Below are positions 1 to 13,305 of a stretch of 64,000 bases of DNA, piece by piece. This DNA is from Lama guanicoe (taxonomy: Eukaryota). The stretch's first letter is position 1. Every line of letters begins with the position of its first letter. The DNA lies in assembly GCA_013239625.1 (NCBI GenBank), contig MU054117.1, forward strand, positions 4,863,514 to 4,927,513, given 5' to 3'. The notes beneath the pieces were generated by a model that was given only the letters and a program-made list of their open reading frames with translations, did not search any database and was not told the DNA's origin. A program made the position numbers and the translations under genes.

Positions 1-700
1 GAATCCACATCACCCAATTCTCTCTCTGCTTCTCTGGAGCCTCCCCGCCTTATTCTTTTTTCTTTTTCCCCAAGCCCCCGCTTTATTCTTATTATCAGCT
101 TTCCCCAGAGTTTTCAGCTCTTTTCCTCCCAAATCCTTTTTCTCCACTTCCCCAAATCTGCATGCGTGTGATCAGGAGGCTCCAAGGTCAGAGAGAACCT
201 CTCTCTGCACAGAAGCTAGGGGGTGGACATGGCCATCTCTGTCCTGGCCCCACCCTCAAACCACTGGCCCTGTCTCAGCCCTCCCTGAGCCAAGATGTCA
301 CCCTGAAGGGCCGTTCAGCTGCGGTGTTCCTCTGCCTGGAGTACTCCCACTGTTTCCAAGGTCCAGCTCAAATGTCAATTCTTGGAAGGTGTCCTACTCC
401 CCAGGCAGAAGCAGTCTCTCCTTTCTCTCTTTTCCTAAAGACATGCTGTGCACGCCTCTCTTAGAGCACTTATTACGTTGACTCATCCCCAAGTGTTTAC
501 ACATCTGTCTTCTCTGGTGGACCTGAACTCCTCTGAGGCTCAGCTGCATCTTCATCTCGACTGCCTGTGCCAGCATACTGCCCACCCGACACGTTTGTGG
601 AAGGGCTAACAGACAAGGCCCCTATTGCTGCCCTTGGAGTCTTCAACCAGCCTCCCACCCTCCCCTCACATCCCTACCAGCTCCCCCGACTCCCACTCAC

Positions 701-1489
701 CTTCCCCGCGGCCCCCGAACAGGAACGGCCGTAGGGTGGCAGGTGCTTCTCCCAGGATGAGCCCATCTCCATCACCCCGCATGGAGTCTGAGTTGGGGTG
801 TGGGGTAGCCAGCCCATGGGGGGCTGCAAAACCATAGTCCAGAGGCAGAAATCCAGGATTGGCAGAGCTGGGGTCTCCTCCATCGTCTCGGGACACTGTA
901 GGGCCCCATACAATAGCCCACGGGTACTGGGACGAGGGTGGTCCCTCCTCAAAGCCTGATGGGGTGGCAGGGGGCGCAGTGCCTGGCAGAACTTGCCGAC
1001 GAGATCTTGGGACCCGAGGGGATCGGCTTGGTGGGGGTGCCCGCTCCCACACGCACACATGGCGTGGGGCCGAGGGGCCTCCCCGGGCACAGGGGGGGCG
1101 GGCTGGGGCTGGTGGGTTTCGAGGGGAGGAGGAGGAACCTTGAGCAGGTGGTGGGAGGGGCAGCAGCAGCAGTGGCCAGAGAGGAAGGAGATGGGACAGC
1201 AGCAGCGCAGGCCTGCGGGAAGGGAAAGAAGGTGGCTGAGACCAAGCCCATCCTGGGTGTAAGTGTGAGGAGGACGGGCTACCAGAGTTCCCGGGTTGCC
1301 TCCCTCCAAGTCTCTGTGCCAAAAGCAGGTGGGCCTTGGGAAGAATGGCCTCATTTCCCATCTTCCTAGGGTCTAGCCCTCAGGATGGAAGGCCCTGGGT
1401 GGGTCTAGGAGGGAAAGGGCCAAGACCTCAGGGAAAGTGGCTTCCAAGGTCCTTCTGCTGTGCCAAACTTACCACATCCTGGACTTCAT
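701..1489 (-). CDS. PIANP: PILR-alpha associated neural protein, partial (first two coding exons; rest of gene lies left of the window)
   Basis: Coding exon 1489-1473 (ATG AAG TCC AGG ATG TG|gtaagt) joins exon 1212-701 (ttcccgcag|G CCT GCG ... GAA G|gtgagt), giving MKSRMWPALLLSHLLPLWPLLLLPLPPPAQGSSSSPR...RSRRQVLPG...YPWAIVWGPTVSR...LRPFLFGGRGE. This matches PIANP as recalled, with signal peptide and RSRR furin-type site. Confidence 0.96.
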
Positions 1490-3079
1490 GTCCGAGATCT
1501 TCCTCAGCGATGACCCAGATTTTCAGCCTTTACTGGGGGAGAGAGGGTTCATCACATTCCAACCCTGCCCTGAGTACTTCCCCAGCCCATTCATCCACCA
1601 TTCACCCCCATTCCCCTCCCAGCTGCGGCTGCCAGCTATGCTGCTGCCGCCCAGGACCCACGGCTGCTTAGCATCCTCTTGAGGGAAAAACTCTGTCCCC
1701 TGTCTATCTCCCAGCTCCTGTCTGCAACTTCCCAGGTCCCTGTTAGCTCCCCACCCCAGGGTCTACCCTCAGTTCTCCGGCTTCCTTCCTTCTCACTTCT
1801 TCTGCCCACAGCTCCAAGCTTTTCTTGGATCTTAATTTAGAGCCAAGAACCTTGTGATTCCTTGAGCACCTACCGCAAGGGAGGGAGTCTGAATGGGGGA
1901 GGGAAGAGGAAGTCAATTTGAGTGAGTGTGTGAACCGTGCGTGTGGCTGCGCAGGGGGGAGCATCCAGCCTGCCCACCCTACTTGTAGTCTGAGGCATTT
2001 CTCTTAGGGTTGGCCCCAGGAATCTGCATCTTCAGGAGAAGGAGAAGAAGAGATGGAGGGATGGAAGGAGAGAGAGAGGTGGGTGGGAGGAAAACTACAG
2101 AATATCATTTTTGCTCAGCGTTTAATCATCCAAACGCATAGGTGCCCTGTGAGGGGAGGTAGAGTTGGGGAGAGGCCACCCCCTCAGATGTAGCTCTCCT
2201 GGGTAAAGAGTCCTTGGAGAATCTGGATGGATGGTTTTGAAAGAGGAGAACACGTTCTCAGAGCTGAGGGTGGTGGATGGGGGGGCAGGCTCCCCATGAA
2301 TGATGACACCCTGTGTTCTCTGGATTCTGGGTGTAAATCTGGACATTAAGCACTCTCAGAGAATAACAGGGGAATAAGATGGGAGAGTGGAAGGGACTCG
2401 GGAAGCGAGCTGGGTGGAGAGATGTGAAGGGTGATGGGCTGAGAGAGGGAAGGTTGGGGAGGCATGAGAAGGCAGGAGAAAGGTGAAGAGGAAGTGGGTG
2501 GGGGTCAGTCCTCAAAGAAGGGACTTGGGGGCGCACAGAAGACTGGCAGCTGGAGGATGCTGAGGGACAGCCGGACGAAAGGTCAGGGAGGGAAACAGAG
2601 GGTGAAGGGGTCACAGGAGCCGGAGAAGAAGGGGGAAGGGCAGAAGGAGGAGGAAGGAAAGGTCCAGGCAGGACGGGAAGTGGAGACGGGAAGATGAAGG
2701 GAGGAAAGGAGTGGAGGAGACCAGGAATAGGGAGGAAGGAAGTGGGAAAGGAGAGAACAGGGTGCTGAGGACAAAATGAGACGAGGAAGGGATGGGGGAC
2801 GGAAAACGGGAACAGCAAAGATGGAGGAGTTGGAAATTGTTTCTTCAAACGTAAAGGGATACGGAGCTACGGAGAGAGGCAGGGATGGGAGCCTTGTGGG
2901 AAGAAGGGAGAGGGGGCCGGGAAGAGAGCTAAGCTGCAGGGACGAAGGAAGGAGTGTGAGCCAGTGAAGTGGAAAAGGGCTCCCAGGGACATCTGTGGCC
3001 AGCTGACTCCAGGACCCACCCGCCTCTCCGTCTGTGCATCTCCCAACCAACGTCAACTCCAGTCCCCGGACCCTGCACC

Positions 3080-3970
3080 CTCTTAGTCACCCCCTCCAGG
3101 AAGCCCGCAGTCCCCGGCTGGCGCGCCACCCCCACCCTCCCCTCGCTCCTCACCGACCTGTTGTGCGCAGGAGACGGGCTGGGGGTGGGGCGGGAGCCTC
3201 GGGCTGGGGGAACCCGGCCCCATCCCCAGCGTGGCCGCCAACCCACCCCTCCCGCAGGCCCGCGCTCCCCGGACAGGAATGGAAAGCGACAAGAGTAGGG
3301 GGTAAACGAGGACCAGGGGGCAAACGCTGAGGAAGGGACTGCACGGGAGCGAGCGCCGAGAGCAGAAAGGGAACCCGAGGCAGGAGAATACACGGAGCCG
3401 GGGGCCGAGCCGAAGGCGGGATGGAGGCAGCCGAGGGGATGGTGACCGCTGCGCCAGGAGGGCAGGATGCAGTCGGGACCCGCGGAGGGATGGCGAGCAC
3501 GGCGGGGAAGACGCGCTTAGAGGCTGGAGGGTTGAGCCGGGCGAGGGACCGCGCCGGGAGAGGCGGGGGCGCAAGGCGCGGAGTCCGGGAGCGCAGGGCC
3601 GGGCTCCCTCGGGTGGGGGCGTGGGGGGGTCCCTCTCGCTCACCTGCATGCCTGGCGCGGCGGCGCGGCGGCTGAGGGCGCTCGGGGCTGCGCCAGGCTG
3701 GGGGGTCTCGGGAGGGGGTGGGGCACGGAGCATGGTCGGGGGGTTCGGCCGGCAACGGGGTGCTGGAGAGGGTGGGGGGCGGGCGCCCGGGGCGCGGGGC
3801 GGCGGCGGCGGCGGCGGGAGATGCTCGGCTCGGCTCGGCTCGGCTCGGGCTGCGCTCGGCTCGGCTGGGCTCGGCGCGGCAGCTTGAAGCGCTCGGTCTC
3901 CGCCTCTCCCCCTCCTACACGGTTTAACCCTCCAGCTGCCGCGCCTCCGGAGTCGCGCCCAGCTGCATCC
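3080..3970. promoter_or_regulatory. CpG island / PIANP promoter
   Basis: Very GC-rich and CpG-dense; contains (GGC)n at about 3798-3815 and a (CTCGG)n array at about 3824-3875. Confidence 0.85.
3644..3890 (-). other. PIANP: PIANP non-coding first exon (5' end approximate)
   Basis: Strong donor CATGCAG|gtgagc at 3644/3643 inside a CpG island. The next acceptor is ctctctcccccag| at about 1532. TSS position is inferred. Confidence 0.7.
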
Positions 3971-4224
3971 CAGGTGCAGGGTGGGAGAGGGTGGCGGAGG
4001 GTGAGCTACTGTCCAATTCCCTGGTTCCTGTGGTGGGCTTCTCCACCCTTCACCCCAACTCCATGGACACCTATGGTTGTCCCAGTCAGTTTCTGAGATT
4101 CTGAGTCACCCAAAGCTCGTGTCCCCGACTGTTTTGCCCCTGGTGAAGAGTGCTGGGGGATGAGGTGGGGGTAGGGTGGGGGTGAAGACCTCGCACCATC
4201 CTTGGCTTTCCCAATGACTTGATC

Positions 4225-5750
4225 CTCTGATTCCACTCTGGCCCTGCTATGGTGCATTCTCCCCGAAGCCACCCAAATGATCTTTACAATAAGTAGACCA
4301 AGTTGCATTACTCAGCTTTTCTAGCGCTCAGAATATCCAAACTCCTTACTGTGACTTACAAGGCCCTATATAAACTGGCTGCCAGGTAACTCTTTGATTT
4401 CCCTTCCTAACACTTTTCATGCCCCAGCCACACTGGACCTGATCTCTGTTCCTAGAATTAGAGGCTCTTAACCTGCCACAGGGCCTTTGCACTTGCTGTT
4501 CTCACTGCCTGGAATATTTTCCCCTGGCTTTTCACAATAATTGACTCATTTCATTAAAATTTCACTTAGGTCCAATTTCACCTCCTCTCTATCAAAAGCA
4601 GTTTCCCCTGCCCCCACTCTCACCCTATCCTAACCCACCCGCCTCTTTCATGTTACCCTGTTTTATTTGGGTTGCACTTCTAGGACACCACACTCTTCTA
4701 GTTTCCCTTCCTCCTCGCTGGCTTTTCCTTCTCCATCTTCTGCTCGACCTCTAAATGTTAGAGTTTCCTGGGTATTAGTCCTTGGCCCTGTTCTCGTTCC
4801 ACATTCTGTGTCCAGTGATGTCATCCAGTCCCAGGGCTTAAATACTATGTAAATGTCAGCGAGTCCTAAATTTATATCCAGAGCTCCAGACTCATTTATC
4901 CAACAGCCTACTTGACATCTCCACTTGGATGTCTAATAGTCATGAGAAGCTAATGGCTAAAATAGATGTCTTGAATTACCCCTCCTACCCTCCAGCCCAT
5001 CCCCACCCCTGCCAGTCCATTTCTCTCCTGGTGTTCCCCATCCTGGGACATAACAGCGCCCACTTGTTCAGGCTAAACACCTAGGAAACATCCTTCCTCC
5101 CTTTCCCTTTTTTCACTGATTCCCACCCTGTATCTAATTCACCAGCAAGTCTTATGGGCTCTGCATCCAAAATATATCCTGAATCCATCTACTTCTCTCC
5201 TTTATTGGTCTAATCCTGGTCTAAGCTATCATCTCTCACCTGGAATAGTGCAGTGGCTTCCTAGCTGGCCCCTTGCTTCTGCCCTTGCCCTTTACAAACT
5301 AGTCTTCATAATATCTAGTAATATTTAAAACATCTAAATCATATCATGCTTTTGCCTGTTTAAAATATTTCAGTGGCTTTTCATTGCACTTGGAATAAAT
5401 CTGAACTCCTTGTTAGGAGTGGCCCTCCAGATAGTACTTCTCGATGTTCAAACAATGCACCAGATCGAACTTCTTGATATTCTAAACACCTGAAATCATT
5501 CTCTTGGCACCCCTGCACGTTAATTCTTTCTTCGTGGAATCCTCTGCCTGCCCCCGCCCCCCGCATCTTCACCTGGTTGGCTCCCTCTTGTTCAGCCATG
5601 CACTCTGTCTCATCAGTATCTTTTCTCTGAAATGATCTTATATTTGTTTACTATTTATTGTCCACCCCCCCCAACATACACTGGAGAACAAAGACCTCAT
5701 TGGTCTTGTTCACCTGGTGTCCTTCCTCGTAGATGCTCAATACTGATCGC
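4225..5750. mobile_element. Ancient L2 LINE fragments
   Basis: L2-type phrases such as ccacagggcctttgcacttgctgttc, tccaacagcctacttgacatctccacttggatgtctaatag, ctctcacctggaatagtgcagtggcttcctagctgg. Boundaries approximate. Confidence 0.7.
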
Positions 5751-7616
5751 CTAGTGAACTTCACCTGGGACCCCTGCCCACTCTGAACTCTTCAGCCTCC
5801 CCTCTGCTCTCCATCTGCCTTTCCTCTCTGTCTGCCTGCCCTCCCTGATCTCTGCCCTGTGCTGAATTTAAAGCATTTAAATCAAGTCTCTCCTCACACC
5901 CCCACCCCTCCAGATGCTCACCCCTCATCTCCTACGTTATTACTATCATTAGCCTGACACTCTTGCCTCCCGGAAGGAAACCTGCTGTTCTGACCAGCAT
6001 CTGCAGCCGCTGCCTCCTGCTTGTCTGTCCCTGACAGCGCATAATTCTGAGGTCAGACAACAGTGAGAGAGCCCTTCTCCTGGTGTCTCTCAGTGGCAGA
6101 GAGACAGAGAGAGAGAGAGAGAGACAGGCAGACAGACAGTGCACATTGGATGCAAACCGAGCCGTGTTAGGCAGGGTGTGCAAATCACACTGTGCCCTGT
6201 GTCCCACTGAGCCCTGTGCATCTTGAGGATAAGCTGTAAGAGGACTCATTCTGTGATGGGTATGGGTCAAATTTATCAAGTGAGTATTCACTACCTGTGT
6301 AAATGCCTTTTACGCTGATGGCTCTGGGTCATTATGAATTATTTCTAGTATTCTTGATTCATTCATTCTTTCAATGACTATTTTTTGAACACCTACTACA
6401 TGCTGGATACTGAGCTACTGGCTGGGGCCCAGTGGAGACAAAGAACAAAGTTATCACTGTCTTCATGGAACTTAGACTCGAGCGAGGGAGACAATGAAAT
6501 ACAAAGTGATACATGTGTCTTCAGATGAATCTGAGGACCTTCCCACACTCCATGGTCTATAAATTCTCTCCCCGTGTCTGGCTCTGCTGGCATCTTTATC
6601 ATTATTTCCGGGCTCACTGGGGCTTCCCAGTATTTGTCAGGGTAAATTTCTGTCTGTTACCTGTTCTCAAATGTCCTTCTTCTGAACTCTTCTCACTCTC
6701 AGCTGATGATCTCGCCTGCTGCTTTTCTGAGAAAATAGAAGCAGGCAGAAGAGAACTTCCCCCTTCTATCACCAAGTCTCAGTCCCCAAGTCTCCTGCTG
6801 AGGGAGATCCCGGGCCTTTTCAGCCACCCAAAGCCATCATTTCAGGAACTGTCCCTCCCTCTCCTGCAGCATCACCTCCTCCTCTCTGCTTGATTATACC
6901 CAGCAGCAGGTAAACATGTTGTCACTTCTTGCAGCTTAGGCTTAAAACAAACCCTCCTTAGCTCCACATTCCCCTCCAGCGCTGGCCCTTCTCTGCTTCC
7001 TGTACCAGCAAAGATCTCAGAAGATGCGCTCTGCTCACCATCTCTTCCACTTCTCCTCCCTCTCCTTCTCTTTCTCTTTTATCAACCTAATTAAACTCTA
7101 CTTTTTGTAATTTATTATTTTGAATTGGTAATACATTCACATGTATACAAAAAGGTAGGTAGTGAAATTCCTCATTCTCACCTGGTCCACTGTCTTTCCA
7201 GCTCCCACCCCTGCCACAATGAGATGAATTTCTCTGTATCCTTCCAGAGTTCTTTATGCCCACACAGGCAAATAGTAATGCAAATTCTTACTTCCTCATG
7301 TATTTGATGTAAAGTTGGCATACTGTGTGCGCGGGTCGATGTCTTCCCTTTTTGACTTGGTGTGCCTTTGCTGTCTTGCTGTATCCATGAATAGGAGCTT
7401 CACAGTATCCTGACGTGGGGATGGACTCCCAAACTGTCCTGAACCCACTGCTGACGGGCTTCTGCCCAAACTTCTCTGCTGAAACATCTCTTGTCAAGGC
7501 CACCTGTGACCTCTATTTCTAAACCCAGAGGTCAATTGTCAGTCTCATTTTACTTGGTGATCAGCTGCCTTTGATACAGGTGATCATGTCCCATTTCATT
7601 TATTTAAAAAAATTCT

Positions 7617-7739
7617 GGGGGGGGGGGGAGAATTAGGTTTTTATTTCTTTCTTTCTTTATTTTTAGTGGAGGTACTGGGAATTGAACCCGGGACCTTGTG
7701 CAGCTAGGTATGCATTCTACCACTGAACTATACCCTCCC
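7617..7739 (-). mobile_element. tRNA-Ala-derived SINE (vic-1-like)
   Basis: Reverse complement matches the family pattern GGGAGGGTATAGYTCAGTGGTAGA...GGGTTCAATYCCCAGTACCTCC plus A-rich tail and AAACCTAATT motif. Confidence 0.85.
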
Positions 7740-7771
7740 TCGTTTTAGACGACATCCTTTTGTTTGTTTTT

Positions 7772-7883
7772 GGAGGGGAAGGTAATTAGGTTTATTTATT
7801 TATTTATTTAGTGGAGGTACTGGGGATTGAACCTAGGATGTGGCACCTGCTAAGCTTGCACTACCGCTGAGCTGTACCCTCCC
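7772..7883 (-). mobile_element. tRNA-Ala-derived SINE (vic-1-like)
   Basis: Same family consensus, adjacent to the previous copy. Confidence 0.8.
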
Positions 7884-8509
7884 TCCCCTGTCTTAGAAGC
7901 ACTTTCTTACCTGACTTTCACGCACACTGTCCTGATCTTGTCCCACCACACAGGCTCCCTTACTGATTCCTCTCCATCTCCCTGACTGCCAGTATCCTGG
8001 CTCTCTGCGCTATGGGTGGTCATGCCCCAGGAGATCACATTCAGTCTGATCACATATCTGATGACTCCTAAAATGTAATCTCCAGCTCAGCCCCTTCCCT
8101 TGTCCCAGACTTTTCCATTCAGCTGCGGACCTGCCCCTCCCTCAGCATTTCATCTCTTAACAGTGGCATCTCTTTTCTTCTTGTTGATCAGGATGAAAAT
8201 CTTGGCGTCATCCTTTAAAAAAAAAAAAGTCTCTGTAGCTGTCTAGGACTTTCTTTTATTTAACTTTATTAGATGTATATACACAAGTGTAATACGTATT
8301 TGTATTATATCTAAATATAATTATGTATATTTTGATACACAAGATACTAGTATATATGTTAGGAGCAAAATAAAATGAGTATCTGTGAACTCACCACTCA
8401 ACCCAAGGACTATAAAGTTACCAATAACTTGCATCTATATAATCCCTCATCCTCCTATCCCCCTGCCTCCTTCCTATAATAATTCCCCACTTTGAAAAAA
8501 TTATTCCTT

Positions 8510-11500
8510 TTTTTTAATTGAAGTATTGTTAGTTTACAATGTTGTGTCAATTTCTGGTGTTCGGCATAATAGTTCAGTCCTACATACACATACATCTATT
8601 AGTTTTCATATTCTTTTTCACCATAGGCTACTATAAGATATTGAATATAGTTCCCTGTGCTCTACAGTATGAACTTGTTGTTCATTTATTTTGCATATAG
8701 TAGTTAGTACCTGCAAATCTCAGACTCCCAATTTATCCCTTTCCACCCCCTTCTCCCTCCATAACCGTAAGTTTGTTTTCTATGTCTGTGAGTCTGTTTC
8801 TGTTTTGTAAATAAGTTCATTTGTCTTTTGTTTAGATTCCACATATAAGTGACATCATATGGTATTCTTCTTTCTCCTTCCGGCTTACTTCATTTAGAAC
8901 GGCAATGTCCAGGCCCATTTATGTTGCTGCAGATGGCATTATTTTACTATTTTTAATGGTTGAGTAGTATTCTATTATATAAATATACCACAGCTTTTTT
9001 CTCCAGTCATCTGTCAATGGACATTTAACATTTAGGTCCATGTTTCAGCTATTGTAAATAGTGCTGCTATGAACATTGAGGTGCATGTATTTTTTCGAAT
9101 TAGAGTTCCCTCTGGATATATGCTCAGGAGTGGGATTGCTGGATCATATGGTAGCTCTACTTTTAGTTTTTTAAGGAATCTCCATACTGTTTTCCATAAT
9201 GGCTACACCACACTACATTCCCACCAACGTGTAGGAGGGTTCTCTTTTCTCCACACCTTCTCCAGCATTTATCATTTGTGAACTTTTTCATGATGGCCAT
9301 TCTGACTGGTGTGAGATGGTACCTCATGCAGTTTTGATTTGCATTTCTCTGATAATTAGCTATATTGAGCATTATTTCATGTGCTTATTGGCCATTTGTA
9401 TGTCTCCATTGGAGAGTTGCTTGTTTAGGTCTTTGGCCCATTTTTGGATTGACTTGTTTGTTTTTTTATTATTAAGTTGTATATGCTGTTTATATATTCT
9501 GGAAATTAAGCCCTTGTTAGTCTCATCTTTTACAAATATTTTGTCCCATTCTGTAGGTTATTTTGTTTTGCTTATGGTTTCCTTTGCTGTGAAAAAGCTT
9601 ATGAGTTTAATTAGGTCCCATTTGCTTATTTTTGCTTTTATTTCTATTGCCTGGGTAGACTGCCCTAGGAGAACATTGCTAAGATATATGTCAGATAATG
9701 CTTTGCCTATGTTTTCTTCTAAGAGGTTTATAGTGTTTTGTCTTATGTTTAAGTTTTTAAGCCATTTTGAATTTATTTTTGTGTATGGTATGAGGGAATA
9801 TTCTAACTTCATTGATTTACATGCAGCTGTACAGTTATCCGAACACCATTTGTTGAAGAGGCTATCTTTACTCCACTGCATATTCTTGTCTCCTTTGTCA
9901 AAGATTAATTGACCAAAAGTCTATGGGTTTATTTCTGGGCTCTCTATTCTGTTCCATTGATCCATATGTCTGTTTTTATACCAATACCATGCTGTTTTGA
10001 TAACTGTAGCTCTGTAGTATTGTCTGAAGTCTGGGAGGGTTATTTCTCCAGCTTCATTCTTTTCCTTCAGTATTGCTTTGGCAATTCTGGATCTTTTGTG
10101 ATTCTGAATAAATTTTAGGATTATTTAATCTAGTTCTATGAAAAAATGTCTTGGGTGATTTGATTGGTTTTTTTTTTTTTCTTGTAAGTCGTATGAGCTG
10201 CTTATATATTCTGGAGATCAAGCCTTTGTCGGTTTTATTTGCAAAAATTTTCTCCCATTCCATAGGCTGTCATTTTGTTTTACTTATGGTTGCCTTTGCT
10301 GTGCAGAACCTTGTAAGTTTAATTAAGTCCCATTTGTTTATTCTTGCTTTTATTTCTATTGCCTAGGTAGACTGCCCTAGGAGAACATTGCTAAGATGTA
10401 TGTCAGGTAATGTTTTGCCTACATTTTCTTCTAGGAGGTTTATTGTATCTTGTCTTATGTTTAAGTCTTTGATCCATTTTGAGTTTATTTTTGTGTATGG
10501 TGTAAGGGAGTTTTTAGCTTCATTGATTTACCTGCTGCTGTCCAGTTTTCCCAACACCATTTACTGAAGAGACTGTCTTTATTCCATTGTATATTCTTGC
10601 CTCCTTTTTTGAAGATTAGTTGACCAAAAGTTTGTGGGTTCATTTCTAGGCTCTCTATTCTGATCCATTGGTCCATATGTCTGTTTTTGTACCAAAACCA
10701 TGCTGTTTTGATTACTGTAGCTCTATAGTATTGTCTGAAGTCTGGGAGAGTTATTCCTCCAGCCTCTTTCTTTTTCTTCAGTAATTTTTTGGCAATTCTA
10801 GGTCTTTTGTGGTTCCATATAAATTTTATTATGATTTGTTCTAGTTCTGTGAGATATGTCCTGGGTAATTTGATAGGGAGTGCATTAAATCTGTAGATTG
10901 CTTTGGATAGTATGGCCATTTTAACAATATTGATTCTTCCAATCCAAGAACATGGGATATCTTTCCATTTCTTTAAGTCATCTTTAATTTCCCTAGTCAA
11001 TGTTTTGTAGTTCTCTGCATAAAAGTCTTTCACTTCCTTGGTCAGATTTATTGCTGAGTATATTATTTTTTTGGATGCAGTTTTAAAAGGGATTTTTTTC
11101 CTTTACTTTCCTTTTCTGGTATTTCATTGTTAGTGTAAAGAAATGCAACTGACTTCTGTATGTTAATTTTGTGTCCTGCTACCTCGCCGAATTCTTTTAT
11201 CAGCTCTAGTGGTTTTTCTGTGGAGACTTTAGGGTTTTCTATATACAATATCACATCATCGGCATATAGTGACAGTTTTACTTCTCTTCCAGTTTGGATC
11301 CCTTTTATTTATTTTTCTTGTTTAATTGCTGTGGCTAGGACTTCCAATACTATATTGAATAGAAGTTGTGAGAGTGGGCATCCTCATCTTGTTTCGGATT
11401 TTAGTGGGAAGGCTTTCAACTTTCATCATTGAGTATTATGCTGGCTGTAGGTTTGTCATAAATTGCTTTTATTATGTTGAGATATGTTCCCTCTATGCCC

Positions 11501-12360
11501 ACTTTCGTTGGTATAGAGTTTTTATCATAAATGGGTGTTGAATTTTATCAAATACTTTTTCTGCATCTATTGAGATGATCATATGATTTTTGCCCTTTCT
11601 CTTGTTGATGTGGTGTGGTGTATGTATCACACTGATTGATTTCCATATGTTGAGCCATCCTTGTGTCCCTGGGATGAACCCAACTTGATCATGATGTATA
11701 ATCTTGTTTACATGTTGTTGGATTCTGTTTGCTAATATTTTGTTGAGGATTTTTGCATCTGTGTTAATCAACGATATTGACTTACAGTTTTCTTTTTTGG
11801 TAATGTCTTTGTCTGGCTTTGGTATCAGGGTGATGGCGGTTTCATAGAATTAGTTTGGGAGTATTCCCTCCTCTTCAATCTTTTGTAAGAGTTTGAGAAG
11901 AATGGTATGAGCTCTTCTTTGTATGTTTGATAGAATTCCCCAGATGAAGCCATCTGGTCCTGGACTTCTGTTTGTAGGGAGGTTTTTTTATTGCTGATTC
12001 TATTTCACTTCTAGTGATTGGCTGTTCAAATGATCTATTTCTTCTTGATTCAGTTTTGATGGATTGTATGTTTCTAGAAACTTGTCCATTTCTTCTAGGT
12101 TGTCCAATTTATTGCCATATAGTTGTTCATAGTATTCTTATAGTTTTTTTGTTTTTCTGTGGTGTTAGTTGTAATTTCTCCATTTTCATTTCTTATTTTG
12201 TTTATTTGTGTCCTCTCTCTTTTCTTCTTGGTGAGCCAGGCCAGAGGTTTGTCAATTTTGTTTACTCTTTCAAAAAACCAACTCTTGGTTTGATTGATTT
12301 TTTTCTGATTTTATTTATTTTCTCCTTAATCTTTATTATTTCTTTTCTTCTGCTGACTTC
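8510..12360 (-). mobile_element. LINE-1 (3'UTR plus fragmented ORF2), composite of two overlapping pieces
   Basis: Poly-T then L1 3'UTR. Minus-strand ORF2 remnants include [49 protein letters not shown] and [12 protein letters not shown]...[10 protein letters not shown] (reverse transcriptase domain), all broken by stops and frameshifts. Confidence 0.95.
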
Positions 12361-13305
12361 CGTTGCTTCTTAAATATCATTTTCTCACAAATGGATATCA
12401 ACTTAAACAATATGTTGCTTAGTCTTGCTCATTTTCAGGCTCTATAAAATGATATCACATTATATGTAGTCTTTTGGTACATGTTTATTTTTTTCACTCA
12501 GTCTGAATGTTTACAAGATTTGTCCATATGGTTGCATGTTGCTGGAGTTCATACATTTTCACTAGAATGTAATGTACCACAGTGTGATACACCAAACATA
12601 CAATAGTTTACCTATTCTTCTTTATGAATTATTTCCTTTTTTTTGCTATTATAAACATTGTTGCTATGAACATGATTGTGTCTCCTGTATAAGAGCAAGA
12701 ATTCCTCTAGACTACATATCTAGCAGTGAGATTGCTAAGTTGTGAGATATGAGAACAATCATCTTTGAGAAAGAATGCCAAAGTGTTTTTCAATTTAAAG
12801 TCCTATCATCAATGTTGGAGTTCCCCTTGATCTATGTTCTCTCTAACACTTATATTCTTAGACTTCTTAATTTTTGCCAATCCAGTAGGTGTATTATAAT
12901 ATCTCATGGTGGTTTTATTTGACATTTCTCTAACTTCTAATGTAGTTGAGTATCTTTTTATATAAGTATTAGCCTTTTGAGTTATATCTTCTGGGAAATG
13001 CCTGATTATTTGAGTTGTTTGTGTTTTTCTGATTGTTGTAGGAAATCGTTATATATTCTGGATACTAATCTTTTGTCAGTTTTATGTGCTGCAAATATCT
13101 TCTTCTTCATGAAGATATTTGTGACCTCTCCTTTCACTTTTTTTCATGACATACTTTGATTATCAGAGATTCGTAATTTTAATAAAGGCATATTTATCAA
13201 TCCTTCATTTTATGATTATGCTGTTTGTATCTTATATAAAAAAATCACTCTCTACCCTCCTGGTCTGAAAAATATTTTCTTACATATTCTTCAAAAGATT
13301 TTACT

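Noticed and set aside
1213..1361. In-frame ATG (MGNEAILPK...) upstream of the large PIANP exon
   Set aside because: It lies inside an intron with strong splice sites, and the spliced MKSRMW start gives the expected signal peptide.
2929..3755. Overlapping 150-216 aa ORFs in the PIANP CpG island
   Set aside because: GC-content artefacts with no recognisable domain; only the spliced 30-codon uORF is kept as a finding.
9316..9912. 198-aa hydrophobic plus-strand ORF resembling a membrane protein
   Set aside because: It is the antisense reading of L1 ORF2, a common artefact.
10485..11771. Reverse-transcriptase-like ORFs as an active retroelement or novel RT system
   Set aside because: These are fragmented, 5'-truncated L1 ORF2 pieces with stops and frameshifts; no ORF1 or promoter.
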